A stretch of 64,000 nucleotides of DNA from Parasitella parasitica NRRL 2501 (lineage: Eukaryota; Fungi; Mucoromycota). This document shows, piece after piece, positions 52,414 through 64,000 of this stretch. Under the pieces are notes generated by a model that saw nothing but the letters and a program-made list of their open reading frames with translations, did not search any database and was not told the origin of the DNA. The position numbers were made by a program, and so were the translations under genes. How positions within the stretch are numbered: the first letter of the stretch is position 1; every line of letters starts with the position of its first letter. The stretch lies in contig MU619344.1 in assembly GCA_025201805.1 (NCBI GenBank), forward strand, positions 1 to 64,000, written 5' to 3'.

Positions 52414-53574
52414 GTTTTTTTTTAATAGTAATGGTGGGAAAAGAAAGAAAGGGTGACGTTTTGACTATTTGGAGACAGTTCACCTGGTGTTTCTAAACTG
52501 AAACAGGTGGGCGTCAAGCTCCCTATGCAAGCTTGATGATTGGGTGTATAGGCTCTTGCACTCTCCTACAAGTATGCTTTTAATCCACCACGATAAAATA
52601 AAAGAACGCATCGACGCAAAAAAGACTAAAAGTTTAAGAGTACAAACATTGGCATTGGGATATTCTTCTTACCGTATAAATAATGTACCAAATGTATCAT
52701 TACTATAACATGCCAATTTAACCCGCTCTTTTTGGTCTTTGCTGCTGAGGATCTATTCATTTTGTGGATCTTCTCTCAACTGACTTGTATCTCTGGGAAG
52801 CTCTCAATGGTTTACTTCCGTAAGATATGGTGGTATAGATGAGGATATTTGCTCGCTTTAGGTGCTGCCTTCAGTACACTGAATATCAATGGTAATGTGT
52901 CTTGAGTTCCGGGTCTCTTTACTGCTGTCGACATGATTCATTGGGGCCATCATTTACTTTCCTCTTTTCTTTCTTTGAAAAGTGTTCAACCCGACACCTT
53001 GATTCTGCCTTTATTTGATCCATAGTTCTCAAGAATACGTTATAAAATACATTTTGATATAAAATAAACGTGTCGACGGTATGACTTATGCAGAAGATGG
53101 GAAGGTTTAGGGCAGCACAACTATTGATGTAAGAATATATACATAAAACCCCTTTTTTGATTTATCATAATAATGTATCACGTCTTAGCTCAGTGATGAC
53201 AAGTGAGTCAAATATATAGATGTTGCTTATGTGTGCCACTGAGCGTACCCATCTATTCAAACCTCGTTTCCAAAAAACAACAACACATATATCCTAAATG
53301 TGGGGTGGTGATACACTCATTTAAGATACTATCTGTATGGGATTTCGATAGATACCTTTTGTCTCTATTGCTCCAGTATGATAATCTTTCATTCATAGCT
53401 GATCCATGTATAGTATTAATTACTGTTACTATATTCAAATATTTTATTTTCTTTTTTTCTCTCCATTCTTAGCATTCTCCCATTTCTTAATCCATGGTTC
53501 TTGTAGAACAAGAAATATTTGCATGTATAAATATCCAATATTCTTAATTGATCATTCCTTTTATTCAGTCATAT

Positions 53575-54345
53575 ATGATTATGGCAATCAAATATCAACT
53601 TATATCCTCGAATACTACAACAACATTAGATATTCTTCCTGCTGAAATTGTTATTCTTATTTTTTCACAACATGCAATCTGTTTAAAAACACTAAAAACG
53701 CTAATGTCCGTATCGAGAAAAATGCGACACCTTGGTATCTATGTTCTTGTGCATAGCCGACTACCTGCGACAATATTATCAGTAACTATAGGCCAAGAAG
53801 GAAAAAGTCAAGTAACAACACGATTTCAATTTAATCATTTCTGTCCCATAACCTTTAATATGCTATATACTTCAAGTCAACCTACAGCAAGGCGCTATTA
53901 TACTGATAAAGCATATCCTGTTGTACATTCCATGTCAATAGAAGTTGCCCGTCTTGCACAATTTTCGTTAGCATCATCCTCGGCAATTTTGGTTGGAAGA
54001 TACCCTTCATCCATTGCAAAGCGACCAAATCTCACAGCCAAATTGTCTGATCCAGCTTCTGTGTATCACTGTGGTAACACGAAAAAGTTATCTGCACAGA
54101 AAGAAGGCTTCCACATTCTTCAAGTACCACCTTATTCGGCCAACCACAGAACTTTCTGGAAATTAGCTTACAGAATTACGAATAAACACAAAGCAGAATA
54201 CTATCTGACACCGATCAACGTTAGCATTGGATTCCAGCATTTGTTGAAGCTAGAGGCCTTAAATAGTTGTAATCCCAACATAGAAAAGACATATTCTGAA
54301 AAAATATTGAATAAATTAAAGGATTGTGTTATTTCGATCTTTTGA
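53575..54345 (+). CDS. F-box-like protein
   Basis: N-terminal LDILPAEIVILIFSQ..LKTLKTLMSVSRKMR fits the F-box consensus; ~256-aa ORF. Start could be 53575 or 53581. Confidence 0.6.
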   Translation: MIMAIKYQLISSNTTTTLDILPAEIVILIFSQHAICLKTLKTLMSVSRKMRHLGIYVLVHSRLPATILSVTIGQEGKSQVTTRFQFNHFCPITFNMLYTSSQPTARRYYTDKAYPVVHSMSIEVARLAQFSLASSSAILVGRYPSSIAKRPNLTAKLSDPASVYHCGNTKKLSAQKEGFHILQVPPYSANHRTFWKLAYRITNKHKAEYYLTPINVSIGFQHLLKLEALNSCNPNIEKTYSEKILNKLKDCVISIF

Positions 54346-54625
54346 TATGTAATTAAACAATCAATCATAACGTGTATAAATGTATACCCGAAACTATAGT
54401 ATGAATTGATCCAACATATCCGTTTAAGCAACCTGAAAATGGTAATGGCACGCTAGATATTACTGTGAAGAGGCTTTATTGGAAAACAGTAGTTACACAT
54501 AATGTTAACACAAAATATTAATATATGTCAAGAACTGGGGATACATGTAATTATTTTTATAAATTCCAGAGATAAGGATATACACACTGTCATTAAATTA
54601 AAATTGTCAATAAGCTACAACTAAA

Positions 54626-56950
54626 TTAAGGGTTACGTTTTGGTTGGAAAAACAAAGATCTCTTTTGCTTCTTGTCTTCTTGATTTGACTTTTCTTGATT
54701 TGTTTTCCGTTTTTTCACAGCAGTTTTCCACTGTGTTGGCGAGGCGTTTAAAGCAGAAGTATTAGAGAGTGATGAAGACAAACGATTTTGCTGGAGCTGT
54801 TGTCTCTCCTCGTTCATAAGGTCCATAGCAAAATGATAATCCGAGTGCTCTTCGACTGAAGTGATGAAAACATTTTGTTTACATTTTTCGCAAGGATACG
54901 TTTCTCCCGACTGTTCCTGGATGAAAAAAAACCCTCCTTGTGTGCCGTTGCTTTTACTGTTGTGGGCCATGCTTGTTTCAAGTCTTGCATGTGACGAATT
55001 ATCTTCTTTGCCATTTGCGCTGTGTGCACTACTCTCTTTCGATTTAGTAAAGAACTGATTTATAGTGTGCGATTTTACTGATTCGTCAAAAGATAGATTT
55101 GAAGCCATTAGATCAAGGCCAATGCAAGGATACCCGTCTTCCAGTGAGTTGTACAAAGCTTCGAACCTCTTGGCAAGTGTTTCTATATAACATTGATAGT
55201 GAAATTAGATGTGGGATCAGTGAACCATACATACACGTAGGCAGTTTATGTCTCTGCTTTTACCATGTGTCTTCATATCATCTCGAGAAAATGTGCCTAA
55301 ACCCTTTGATCTGTAGGTAGAGTGAATCAGTGTGGCATATTTAAGAGCGATAGCTTTTGGCCATGTCCCATATTCATTGTAATGTTGAATAATGCGACGA
55401 TGTAGTTCAGCTGCAAGTATCGTAAACCATTTGCGTAGGTCTTGCGATTGTTTGATAGGAACTGTAAATGTTTTAGCGGCCATGAGCGACTTTGGTGCTT
55501 TACTCGGAAGAACTATCAGGTTTTTCATCAGAATCGATGATTCCATGTTGGACATTTCAATGTTGATATACCCTCTTCATGATCAATACCACGACAAATA
55601 TTGTACAAAAAAGTGCCTGTAGATTGTCCAAATTGCCGTTGAAGAGAATCCATAGAATGGCTCCTACAATATAACGTAAATAAAGTTTCTCGTTGCATTG
55701 AATGTAGCAAGTCGAATATTTACCAAAGCTCGCTTGCATTCTCTATATTTAGATCTTCCACAACTTCGTTGCCCAATTTCCCACCTAGATTTCTTATTTT
55801 GTTGAATGGTGTTTCACACATGAAATTGAGCCTTGCTGATTCTCGTAAAATAGTCTATGTAGATGAAATCACCAATTTAAGCTTTTGTTTAATGAGAGAA
55901 CAAGCTATGGGAATGGCCTCACCTGTTTATTTGGTTTATTTTTGCTGGAGCATAATTTAGCAACCACTTTATAGTGAGCAATACCTAGTTGATGACATGA
56001 GTGTCTGGAAAAAAAGATGTATAGATAGATATGAATAGATGCCTACCTGCCGAGCAGAAATATTTCAATTTATCGTACACTTCTTGTCTGATCTCTGCAG
56101 CTAATTCAGCGCCCAAAGCCAATTGCAAATCTTGCCAGGTAGTTGGGTTCCAATGCTCGTGCTCAGGGGAATCAAGGTTGACAGGATTTAATCGTCTTTG
56201 CTTTTCCTCTTTTGATTCGATTAAACATCCAAGCTTATCCCAATTCACATACACACCACATTCCTCATCTTGCAGTCTATCCAGCAATTCTGGCATTTTT
56301 TCAATGTATCTTTTAATTAGACGCTGGTTAACGGTATCTGTAACATCCATGAAACCCTCGTCAGTACCAATTTTCTGGACCTTATTACAGTGCTTGTGAA
56401 AAATTTTAAATATATCTCTTGATGCATTTCGATAAGCATCTAGTGACACCTTGTGCGTATTTCGATTTGGATTTTTGTAGTATTTGGGCTCTGTGTCATT
56501 CTCGGCGTACGTTGCTACATGTAAGAGTTGTATTTCTGGGCAAAGCTTTTTCGCTTCTGTTACGTTTGTCATCTTCTTGATCCCTTTTTCTCTCGCCGCA
56601 TAATTTACTAAATATACCAAGATTGATTAGGGCCATTGCCGTCGAGTAGGAAGGTAGATGTGTTTGTGTATGATACCTGCAATTAATCCATGCCATTGTT
56701 GTACTGCAGCTGGTGTATCAAACGGAATACCTAGTCTAACTTGCTCTAATCAAGCTTGTTATTAGGTCGCTGTTTCACAACCAAGTCAATATTTTTCTAG
56801 TTACCAACTTGGCAATAAAAACAGTCTAAAATTGACAGAATGGAAAGTTTAGCATCATCATGTCGATAAATCACATTGTAACAAGCAAATACCCAAATCA
56901 ATGTGCAATATACAGCGAGAATTCTTTAATGTGGCAGGCAAAGCATTCAT
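54626..56950 (-). CDS. RAD30: Y-family translesion DNA polymerase eta
   Basis: Spliced HIDLDCFYCQVEQVRLG..AVQQW.GLIAVNYAAR, HKVSLDAYR, GTDEGFMDV, IRNLGGKLG, PKSLMAAK, UBZ finger CEKC..EEHSDYH and C-terminal NLS/PIP-like QKRSLFF. Confidence 0.93.
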
Positions 56951-57649
56951 TTTGATGGAGAAAGATGAATTTAAGAAAACAAAAGGAAAGACAAAAATGT
57001 TACGAAAAGATGGAATCCAACACTTCTTTTCTTTACGTGACTATATCGCGAACTATTTATTTGATTTTTTTTAAGTGAATGGAAGGTATTTAACTATGAA
57101 TTAGAGTTGACAGAAAAAAGAGGGTGATTTAACACTTGCAGGCAGAACCGCAATCGCATTCTATAGAGAAACAGATTAAGAGGAGGCAAGAACAGAGGTT
57201 AGTAAGACAGAGACGACGCGTTACAACATTCAAATACGGGCAGTACCTTTACCGCTTGCTATTCAAAAAGCAATTAATAAAAAACTCACTTTCAGTCATA
57301 TTCCACACTTACCTTTACAAGAGCAAGTCTCTTTTTCCTGTTTGTTGCAGTTTTCACAAGCACAATCGGAACCACACTTGCAATCCTTAGCGCTGGCACA
57401 ACTAGACATTGGTCGTTACTGTCTTGCTTTTGTTTCTCCCATCGTTCAATAGATCTAAACACTTACGAACAGGTTTCTTTAGTTTTACAGGGACAAGCCA
57501 TTTTGGGATTTATTTGATGTTTTTTCAGATTAGAGAAAAAGAAGAAATCCTATTCAGCTTTCTGCCCTCTTTTATATTATTTATTTCAATATCAGCCTTG
57601 TATGTATTGAAACATCACCATCATCTGGTAGAGAGTACCTTGAAGGTTA

Positions 57650-59290
57650 TTACCACATGATGATATCGAAACAAGTTATTATTACTTACTCTTGCGTCAA
57701 TTATTTCGCAATAGATGCACACTATCCTGGAGTTCCCTTGGAAACTAACCAATTTCATTATTGACTTTTCAAATAAAAGATATTTGTATACTGAAAGCCT
57801 AATTGTGTTTAGTTCAAGCACAATCTGCTCATCATTTGAGCGGCCCAATTATTGAAACCTCGGAATAAAGCACATTTTGCTCACACACAATGACTTCAGC
57901 GAAAAAGGCAATTTTTATATGCATGATATTTTTCCATATTGCATGAAACAATCACACACAAAATATTACTTTTTTTACAGCGAGCCTTTCCAATGACTTT
58001 GCGTTCATTTATACTAGTACAATTTTCTGATAATATGCTGTAATCGAGTAAATTTAAAACGTATGCTTTTAATCAATTCTACAAGCGTTGATTGTTCATG
58101 GCAAATTTTTTAGCAAAAATCATACCATTCATTAAAATAGATTTAATACACTCAAGCTTTTGAAAGATTTCTTTCCTTGAAGACAGCATGGATCGGGGTT
58201 TAAACATCAGAGCAGAAACTGCTGGATTTTGGTTCCACCTCGATCCTGAAATTGGTTTTTGGACAATTTGTCGCCAAGAACGGAACTCAATCAACAAGGA
58301 TGTTTTAATCTTTACTGCATCAATTAATTTGCTCTATCGAACTATATTATTTACACAAGTATTGGTCCATTATATCAAAAGTAATTCAGAAAAGTCAACA
58401 AGACGGTTTTTTGAGGAAAAGTTCAATATTATTATAAATACTATGCAAACATTATGCGTCCATGTGGAAGATCGAGTTCTGGGACCATTTTCTACATGAA
58501 CATATCAAATCGAAAAATGTCGATTTTGAGCCTAATTTTTTAATTTTGTCTAAAAGGCCATTTTTGCCTTGTATTTGTAGACAAAAAATGCAAGAAAATC
58601 AACAGGGAAAAAAGCATCTTCAATATGGATAAAATTAATACATATGATGTATCCTTATCCTAGATGACTGGTGAGCACGTTTGTGAGCTTCAAAACATTA
58701 AAAAAATTATGAAACAAGGGGGCTATTATAACAAGAAATGCAAATTTGATGTTTAATCACATAGTAAACAAAGGCAAGCGAGTTTTTTCATGTTTTTCAA
58801 GTTGTTTTAAGCAGGAACAACCAAGTTTATTTAAGAGTTGATTTAAAGCGGTTCTGTTCAGGGGTGGTTTTCGTGCTACTGTATACCAGCGTTGGTCAGA
58901 CCATCAAATTGAAGAAAATCAGTGATTTTATTTAGTAGACGGAGGGCTCAAAAAGCTTTTTATTTACGAAGGATATAACATTGCGTTTATTTAGAGTATG
59001 TTTCATGCCCTTGTTGTACGATTTAGCTCCTTTCCTGTGCTAATATGTAATACATACGATGGCCGATGCTTGACTTTTAACATCGGCAGCTCTTTGCGGT
59101 ATTTTCTGCTCATATTGGCACCTTCTATTAATTTGAAAAGGGGGTTGATTGTGCACATCTTTTTGTGCATGATAGCAAAGGGAAGGTTTAATACTTTGTA
59201 GTATCCCCTTACAGGCACAGTAAAGCTTAAATTTTGATTGTGCAGATTTACATTTATAGTCATTCCGCATCGTTCTCAAACTAACCATTT
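57650..59290 (-). mobile_element. Decayed Mutator-like (MULE/FAR1) transposase relic
   Basis: Minus-strand fragments in MULE order: FAR1/WRKY-like region ending HENHP (~58860), RKW....FHM (~58490), SWIM-like CDCFMQYGKISC (~57920-57960); riddled with stops. Confidence 0.4.
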
Positions 59291-59635
59291 ATGATGCTTC
59301 CGATCGACGCTTAATATACTATTCTTTCATCTTCTTTTTAACCAGCCCCCTTTTTATTTTGTAACTCCAGTAATAACAGTAATATGTAGACGCAGCGAAA
59401 ACAGTTTCATCCAACCTTTTAAAACATGGTGTATGTATCTCCTGAATCTTCGATAACAATATATATAAATTATATGCACAGCAAGCTATTTATATACTGC
59501 TTATTCTGTTATTATTATACAATAGCTGTTTTAATAATTTATATAGTATAATCATGCAGCCATCATATTTGTGTATAAAACACATGTGATGGCACCCTAA
59601 TGGACCATATATTGTTATAGATTGAAAGCCACATT

Positions 59636-60769
59636 TTATTTGTTATTTGAATACATAGAACTAACTCGTTTAGATCTCGCGAATTCAGGATTTGGAGCAT
59701 GATCTGAGGAAACGGTTGCATAGTCAATACAATGTCTTGGGAATACGCCCTTGACATTTCCCTTTGATATATTCATGCCCTGACACCACCCATCGTCATA
59801 CTCTGCAAAGAGTTCTATCTGATCTCCAGGATCAATGTCTAATTCGTCACTTAATGTAGGTATAAAGGTAGCAATAACGGTGAATGTGCCAAAGGATATG
59901 ATATTATCTGCATTATTCATTGCAGCGGCAGCAATAGGTAACTGCTGCTGTTGTTGTTGTTGCTGTTGTTGAATTGCCGCCTGATTGCCAGGAGAAATAG
60001 CAGCAACCTCATAGTTATCAAATGTTGCTTGATGCTGCTGGTATACTGATTTTTGCTCTTCTTGTTGCTGGGAAAGAAACTTGTTGTACAGGTGATCGTC
60101 GTTACCAAATCCCATGGTGAAAGGATCAGCTTTGGAAGAAAGATGTGCTCTTGTCCTCTGACGAGATCTCTTTCGTTTGCGCAAAATTATGAAGGCAGCA
60201 GCTCCTATGACGACTACAGCTACAGCAGCAATAATACCACCCACTATGCCACCTGCGGACGAAGAATCGTTACTGGAAGGTGATTGCGAGGATGCTGATG
60301 GCAGCAGAGTGGGGCTAATAGAACTTGCAGGCAGTGCAGATGTTCCTATACCTATTATGGACGTTGCATGTATCTCTGAACTCTTGGCTGTGGATCCAGA
60401 CTCAGAACTGCTTGAATCTTTAGCTGTTGTTGTTGTTGATGAATGGGAGCTATTTGAAGCCACTGTTTTGGTTGTAGTTTTTAGTCCTGTTGCCGTGGTT
60501 TTTACTACTGTTTTTGCAGTGGAGGTGGCGGTGCCATTTGCTTGTTTAGACGTACCTACAAAGATCATCTGTTACTATCACTATATAGTATTTGTTTCAA
60601 GTGCTGTTTTTGCTTATGTTTGTTTGTTTGTTTATTTACTTTCAGCTTTCGTCGACGATTCTTCGGCTCTTTTTACATTATTAGGAACCCACAATGCATT
60701 TGCTGCGGAACATGAAGCTGTAGCCGCAGCTACTACAATGGTAATCAAAGTGTTGCTGTTGATAAGCAT
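59636..60769 (-). CDS. Type I membrane protein: signal peptide, Ser/Thr-rich ectodomain, TM, cytoplasmic SH3 domain (Fus1-like architecture)
   Basis: Signal MLINSNTLITIVVAAATASCSA, dibasic KR, S/T tract, TM GGIVGGIIAAVAVVVIGAAAFIIL+RKRKR, SH3 FIPTLSDELDI.PGDQI...YDDGWC.G....GVFP; intron ~60557-60638. Confidence 0.88.
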
Positions 60770-61917
60770 CGAGTCAATGGAAAAGAGCAATAGCAAAAGA
60801 GTTGAAATGATCAAGGCGAATTGTTTTGGAGTATATAAATTGTATAGTTCATTTGGGAGACACAAGCGTAGTACTAAACAATAAACCAATGTACCACAGC
60901 AACGATCAATCTTAGAACGAGCTACAGTTGAAAAAATAGATCAACATGGCTAGACATAGCTTATTTTTGTCGAGACGATGTAATGCAAACAAGCTTTGTT
61001 TCATGTTTCGAACATGGCAGCGTATATGTGTTTCAAGGGGACCTGTTTAAACCTGAGTCCTTTTGTGATGAGTGAGAAAAATAGAAAGACTCGCCAGTAG
61101 GCATTGTGGGCCCATTAAACCCACATAATATAGCATTACTTGAAACCTTATGGGTGTTAACGCCGATGACTAGGTTGTCTGCATTTCCATCAGTTGCTTA
61201 TTCTAACTCACGAATTGAAACGTAAAACATTCCAAGCATGTTATTCAACAAGTGTTGCTTGATTCGACACATAATGCCGCTACTAAAAATGGTATAAACA
61301 AAACATTATGGCATGATTTGTAAAGAAATATATAGCTTATATAAGTTTATTTTACATACTTGCAAGGGTCGATGCATCGTTTCCTAACTATTTTATTGGA
61401 TAAACACGATTTATTGTCCACAATAAGGTAAAATCAAAGCGCAACATGGAATTCTTTGCGTTTTGTTTCGCGGGCATTGCAAATTTAGCTTTTTTACACA
61501 AATCAAAACTTTAAGGATGAGTAGCTTTATTTCATATTCATTTAAATAGGGATTTGAAACCGGAAACAAGCATTTAATATGGATTTCAAGGAATACTTGA
61601 CAGATAATTATCAATTTTGGAATGTCCCAGTGTAACCCAAACTTTAAATTATGGCAATTCTTATTTAGACCAAAGTTTTGTTGTACGAAAACATGGGTAC
61701 ATTTCTTTTATTTTTGAAGCGGTAAAGAATAAATAACTTTTTTTAATTATAAAATAAAAATGATGGTAGCTTTTTCGGTAATTTTCTGGTTAGCATTGAG
61801 AAAAGATAAAATGAATTGAGCTTTTTAGAGGCAGTATTTACAAGGGGTGCCCAGAAAAGTGTACAAATGGGATAAGCGGAGAGGATTTACAGATGATAAG
61901 ACAATGGAAGGTACGGA

Positions 61918-63111
61918 TTAGAATAATGAGCTAGAGACCACAGAGTTGAGGACGCTACTAGAAGAGGTTGATGCAGGAGATGAAGGTGTAGAGGCAGAGA
62001 AGAAGGACGAGCCAAAAGAGGCCAATGTTTGATTTAATGCAGCCATGTGAGAGTGCTCAATGTGATATTTAAGACCATTCAAGTTCTTGTAACGTTTGCC
62101 ACATTCACCGATAGTGCATTGATAGGGCTTAGAAGCGATACTGTCACTGTCATCGTCGAGAAGGTTGCAATGACCATGTTGGTTATGATATTTGAGTCCA
62201 TTGGGATTCTTGTACGCTTTGTCACAGCCAGAAACGGGACATTTGTAAGGTTTGTCAGCGTTGGCATCTACAATGGCGTAAATTAGCAGCTATTCAAACA
62301 TGACATCAATTGTATAACTTACTTGTGTTGGCAGAGGCCAATAAAGCGCCAGCTTGTGCAAGGAAGTCCTCATCAGACATCATGGGTGTGGGAAGATCAC
62401 CATTAAAAGAGGAAGCTAAAGCTATTTTTTTGGCTGCAGATTGAGTTAGCAGATCCAAAGCGGAAGGGCTGTAGGATCTCTTTTTGCCACTTGATTTTTT
62501 AACTGGCTCTTCATCTTCGACAACAGCAGTAGTTGCAGCAGTTGCAATTGAGCAAGACGAGGCGGGCAATGAAGACTGGGATGACGATGAGGTAGCATTA
62601 TAAAGATCAGAGAGGTAGGCGGCAGCTCTCTTCTTAATAGTGTCGATGTTTGAGAGGCTTAATTCACTGTCGTCCAACAAGGGACTGTTGGGAGCAGTGC
62701 TGGAATCACAGCTAGGAAGAGAGGCAAATGAAAGAGAAGGCGACCATGAGTTCTCTGATTCATCATCAAATAAGCTGTTTTCGTCGTCTTCCAAGCGTAC
62801 GTGACACTCTTCATAATGCTGTAAGAGATCATGAAGGTCGTTCAAGATGAGACCACAGCAAGCAAAATCACGACAAAAAGAGGCCTCCAAATCCTTTGAT
62901 TCAAATGCATCTTTGATGTCGTTTTGAGGGACACAAAGCTGAAAATCATAGGTGCTATTAAGCAATAAGCGCGTTAGATTTCATGTGTCAAATCAAGCCC
63001 AATTGATCAGTAGTCAATTAATCACTATACTCACTCAAAATTGATGTCTTGCTTTGGAACTGTGATAGTGCTCATGCGGCGAATGGAGGTGTATTCAACA
63101 GGAACAGGCAT
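61918..63111 (-). CDS. SFP1: Sfp1-like split C2H2 zinc-finger transcription factor, 3 exons
   Basis: N-terminal FCRDFACCGLILNDLHDLLQHYEECH; C-terminal KPYKCPVSGCDKAYKNPNGLKYH and KPYQC..CGKRYKNLNGLKYH are Sfp1 signatures. Confidence 0.9.
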
Positions 63112-64000
63112 GGTTGTTTTTAGTAAGAGAGATGAGCAGAGAGAGAGAGAAGAAAAGAAAGAAAAGCGTGTTATTACAAAAGCAATATTTGGGAATTGGA
63201 AGAGCCCTTTTTATATTTGAGAGGGTTTTTGTTTAAGAATCCCGCTCCCTTGTCTTGTGCAACCAGACACCCTCTTTCTCTCTCTCCGTCCTAAAAGCTT
63301 GTTTTTTCAACAAACGATTTGAGACAAGAGATTGCTTTTTGCACTGTACGATTTAAGCGGGAATCAACCCCACCGTTCAAGACAAGAAAAATAGCACACC
63401 CCATATATATGCAATGTCTATAATACCTTTGTTAGCAATAAAATGCACTGGCAACATTTTCCATGTGCTTAGTTGATGTGGTATGTCGAACCACTTTTTT
63501 TTGTTTTCTTCTATTCAGAAGCTTGTCATATAGTCTATATAGTAGTTGTATATTTTTTACAGCCTCTTCAGCCCGCCGTTTTTTTGATTGTTATATTTTG
63601 GTGGATGTTATGTGTGTAATCTGTACCCTTCTTCACCCCCTTTCTTTTTCATGTTACTCCTTGTTATGTTTGATGTACAAACAGACAATAACATTCTATC
63701 AGTTCATTTATGCTTCTCGGTAGCGTCCGACCAGTATACGCATATACACCCTATAGGCATAATATAGCATGACATCATGTAGCTTGCTGGATTCCATAAG
63801 CTTACTACATTTGCTATCAATATCGTATGAAAAGGTAGACAAATCCCAAATAATAAAATAACCGAACTTCCGAGCTATTGCGCTCTGAGTTACACATAAC
63901 CGTATTTTATTAGTAACATGGTACAGATCGTACTAAATATCAAAATGTATGTGACATTTGTATTTTGGGAACCACACATGAACTTCATGTCTGTTTTTCT

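Noticed and set aside
60177-60884. 235-aa + strand ORF
   Set aside because: Antisense to the Ser/Thr-rich ectodomain of the SH3 membrane gene.
1-64000. tRNA, rRNA, spliceosomal snRNA genes or CRISPR arrays
   Set aside because: No matching consensus or regularly spaced repeat array was seen; the context is eukaryotic.

Overview
AT-rich, intron-containing fungal genomic DNA, most consistent with a Mucorales (Mucoromycota) species; this is inferred from the short 50-90 nt introns and the protein sequences. Genes in order: a cytochrome P450 pseudogene, mitochondrial ribosomal S4 (NAM9-like), a MATE transporter, a PMP3 proteolipid, an unknown coiled-coil/TM protein, PDAT (LRO1), DCP2, mitochondrial release factor, a centrosomin-CM1 coiled-coil protein, cytoplasmic dynein heavy chain, an assembly gap, a MiT/TFE-RTG3-like bHLH factor, a ~9-kb gene-free transposon graveyard, conventional kinesin-1, an unknown protein with a duplicated helical domain, an F-box-like protein, DNA polymerase eta, a decayed MULE-like relic, a type I membrane SH3 protein and an SFP1-like zinc finger. 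Most notable: (1) dynein, kinesin-1 and a CM1 microtubule-nucleation adaptor lie within ~33 kb, with the CM1 gene starting 105 bp after the dynein stop; (2) a nested, strand-biased RNA structure inside an oversized dynein intron; (3) two ~99% identical solo LTRs in opposite orientation, each with its own 5-bp TSD (both TYTAG in element orientation); (4) a 1-kb diverged palindrome whose exact half occurs alone 40 kb away; (5) several unusual introns (two GC-AG, an almost pure poly-U intron, an in-frame intron in the bHLH basic region, a 21-nt catalytic micro-exon). All calls are by eye; no searches or folding programs were run.
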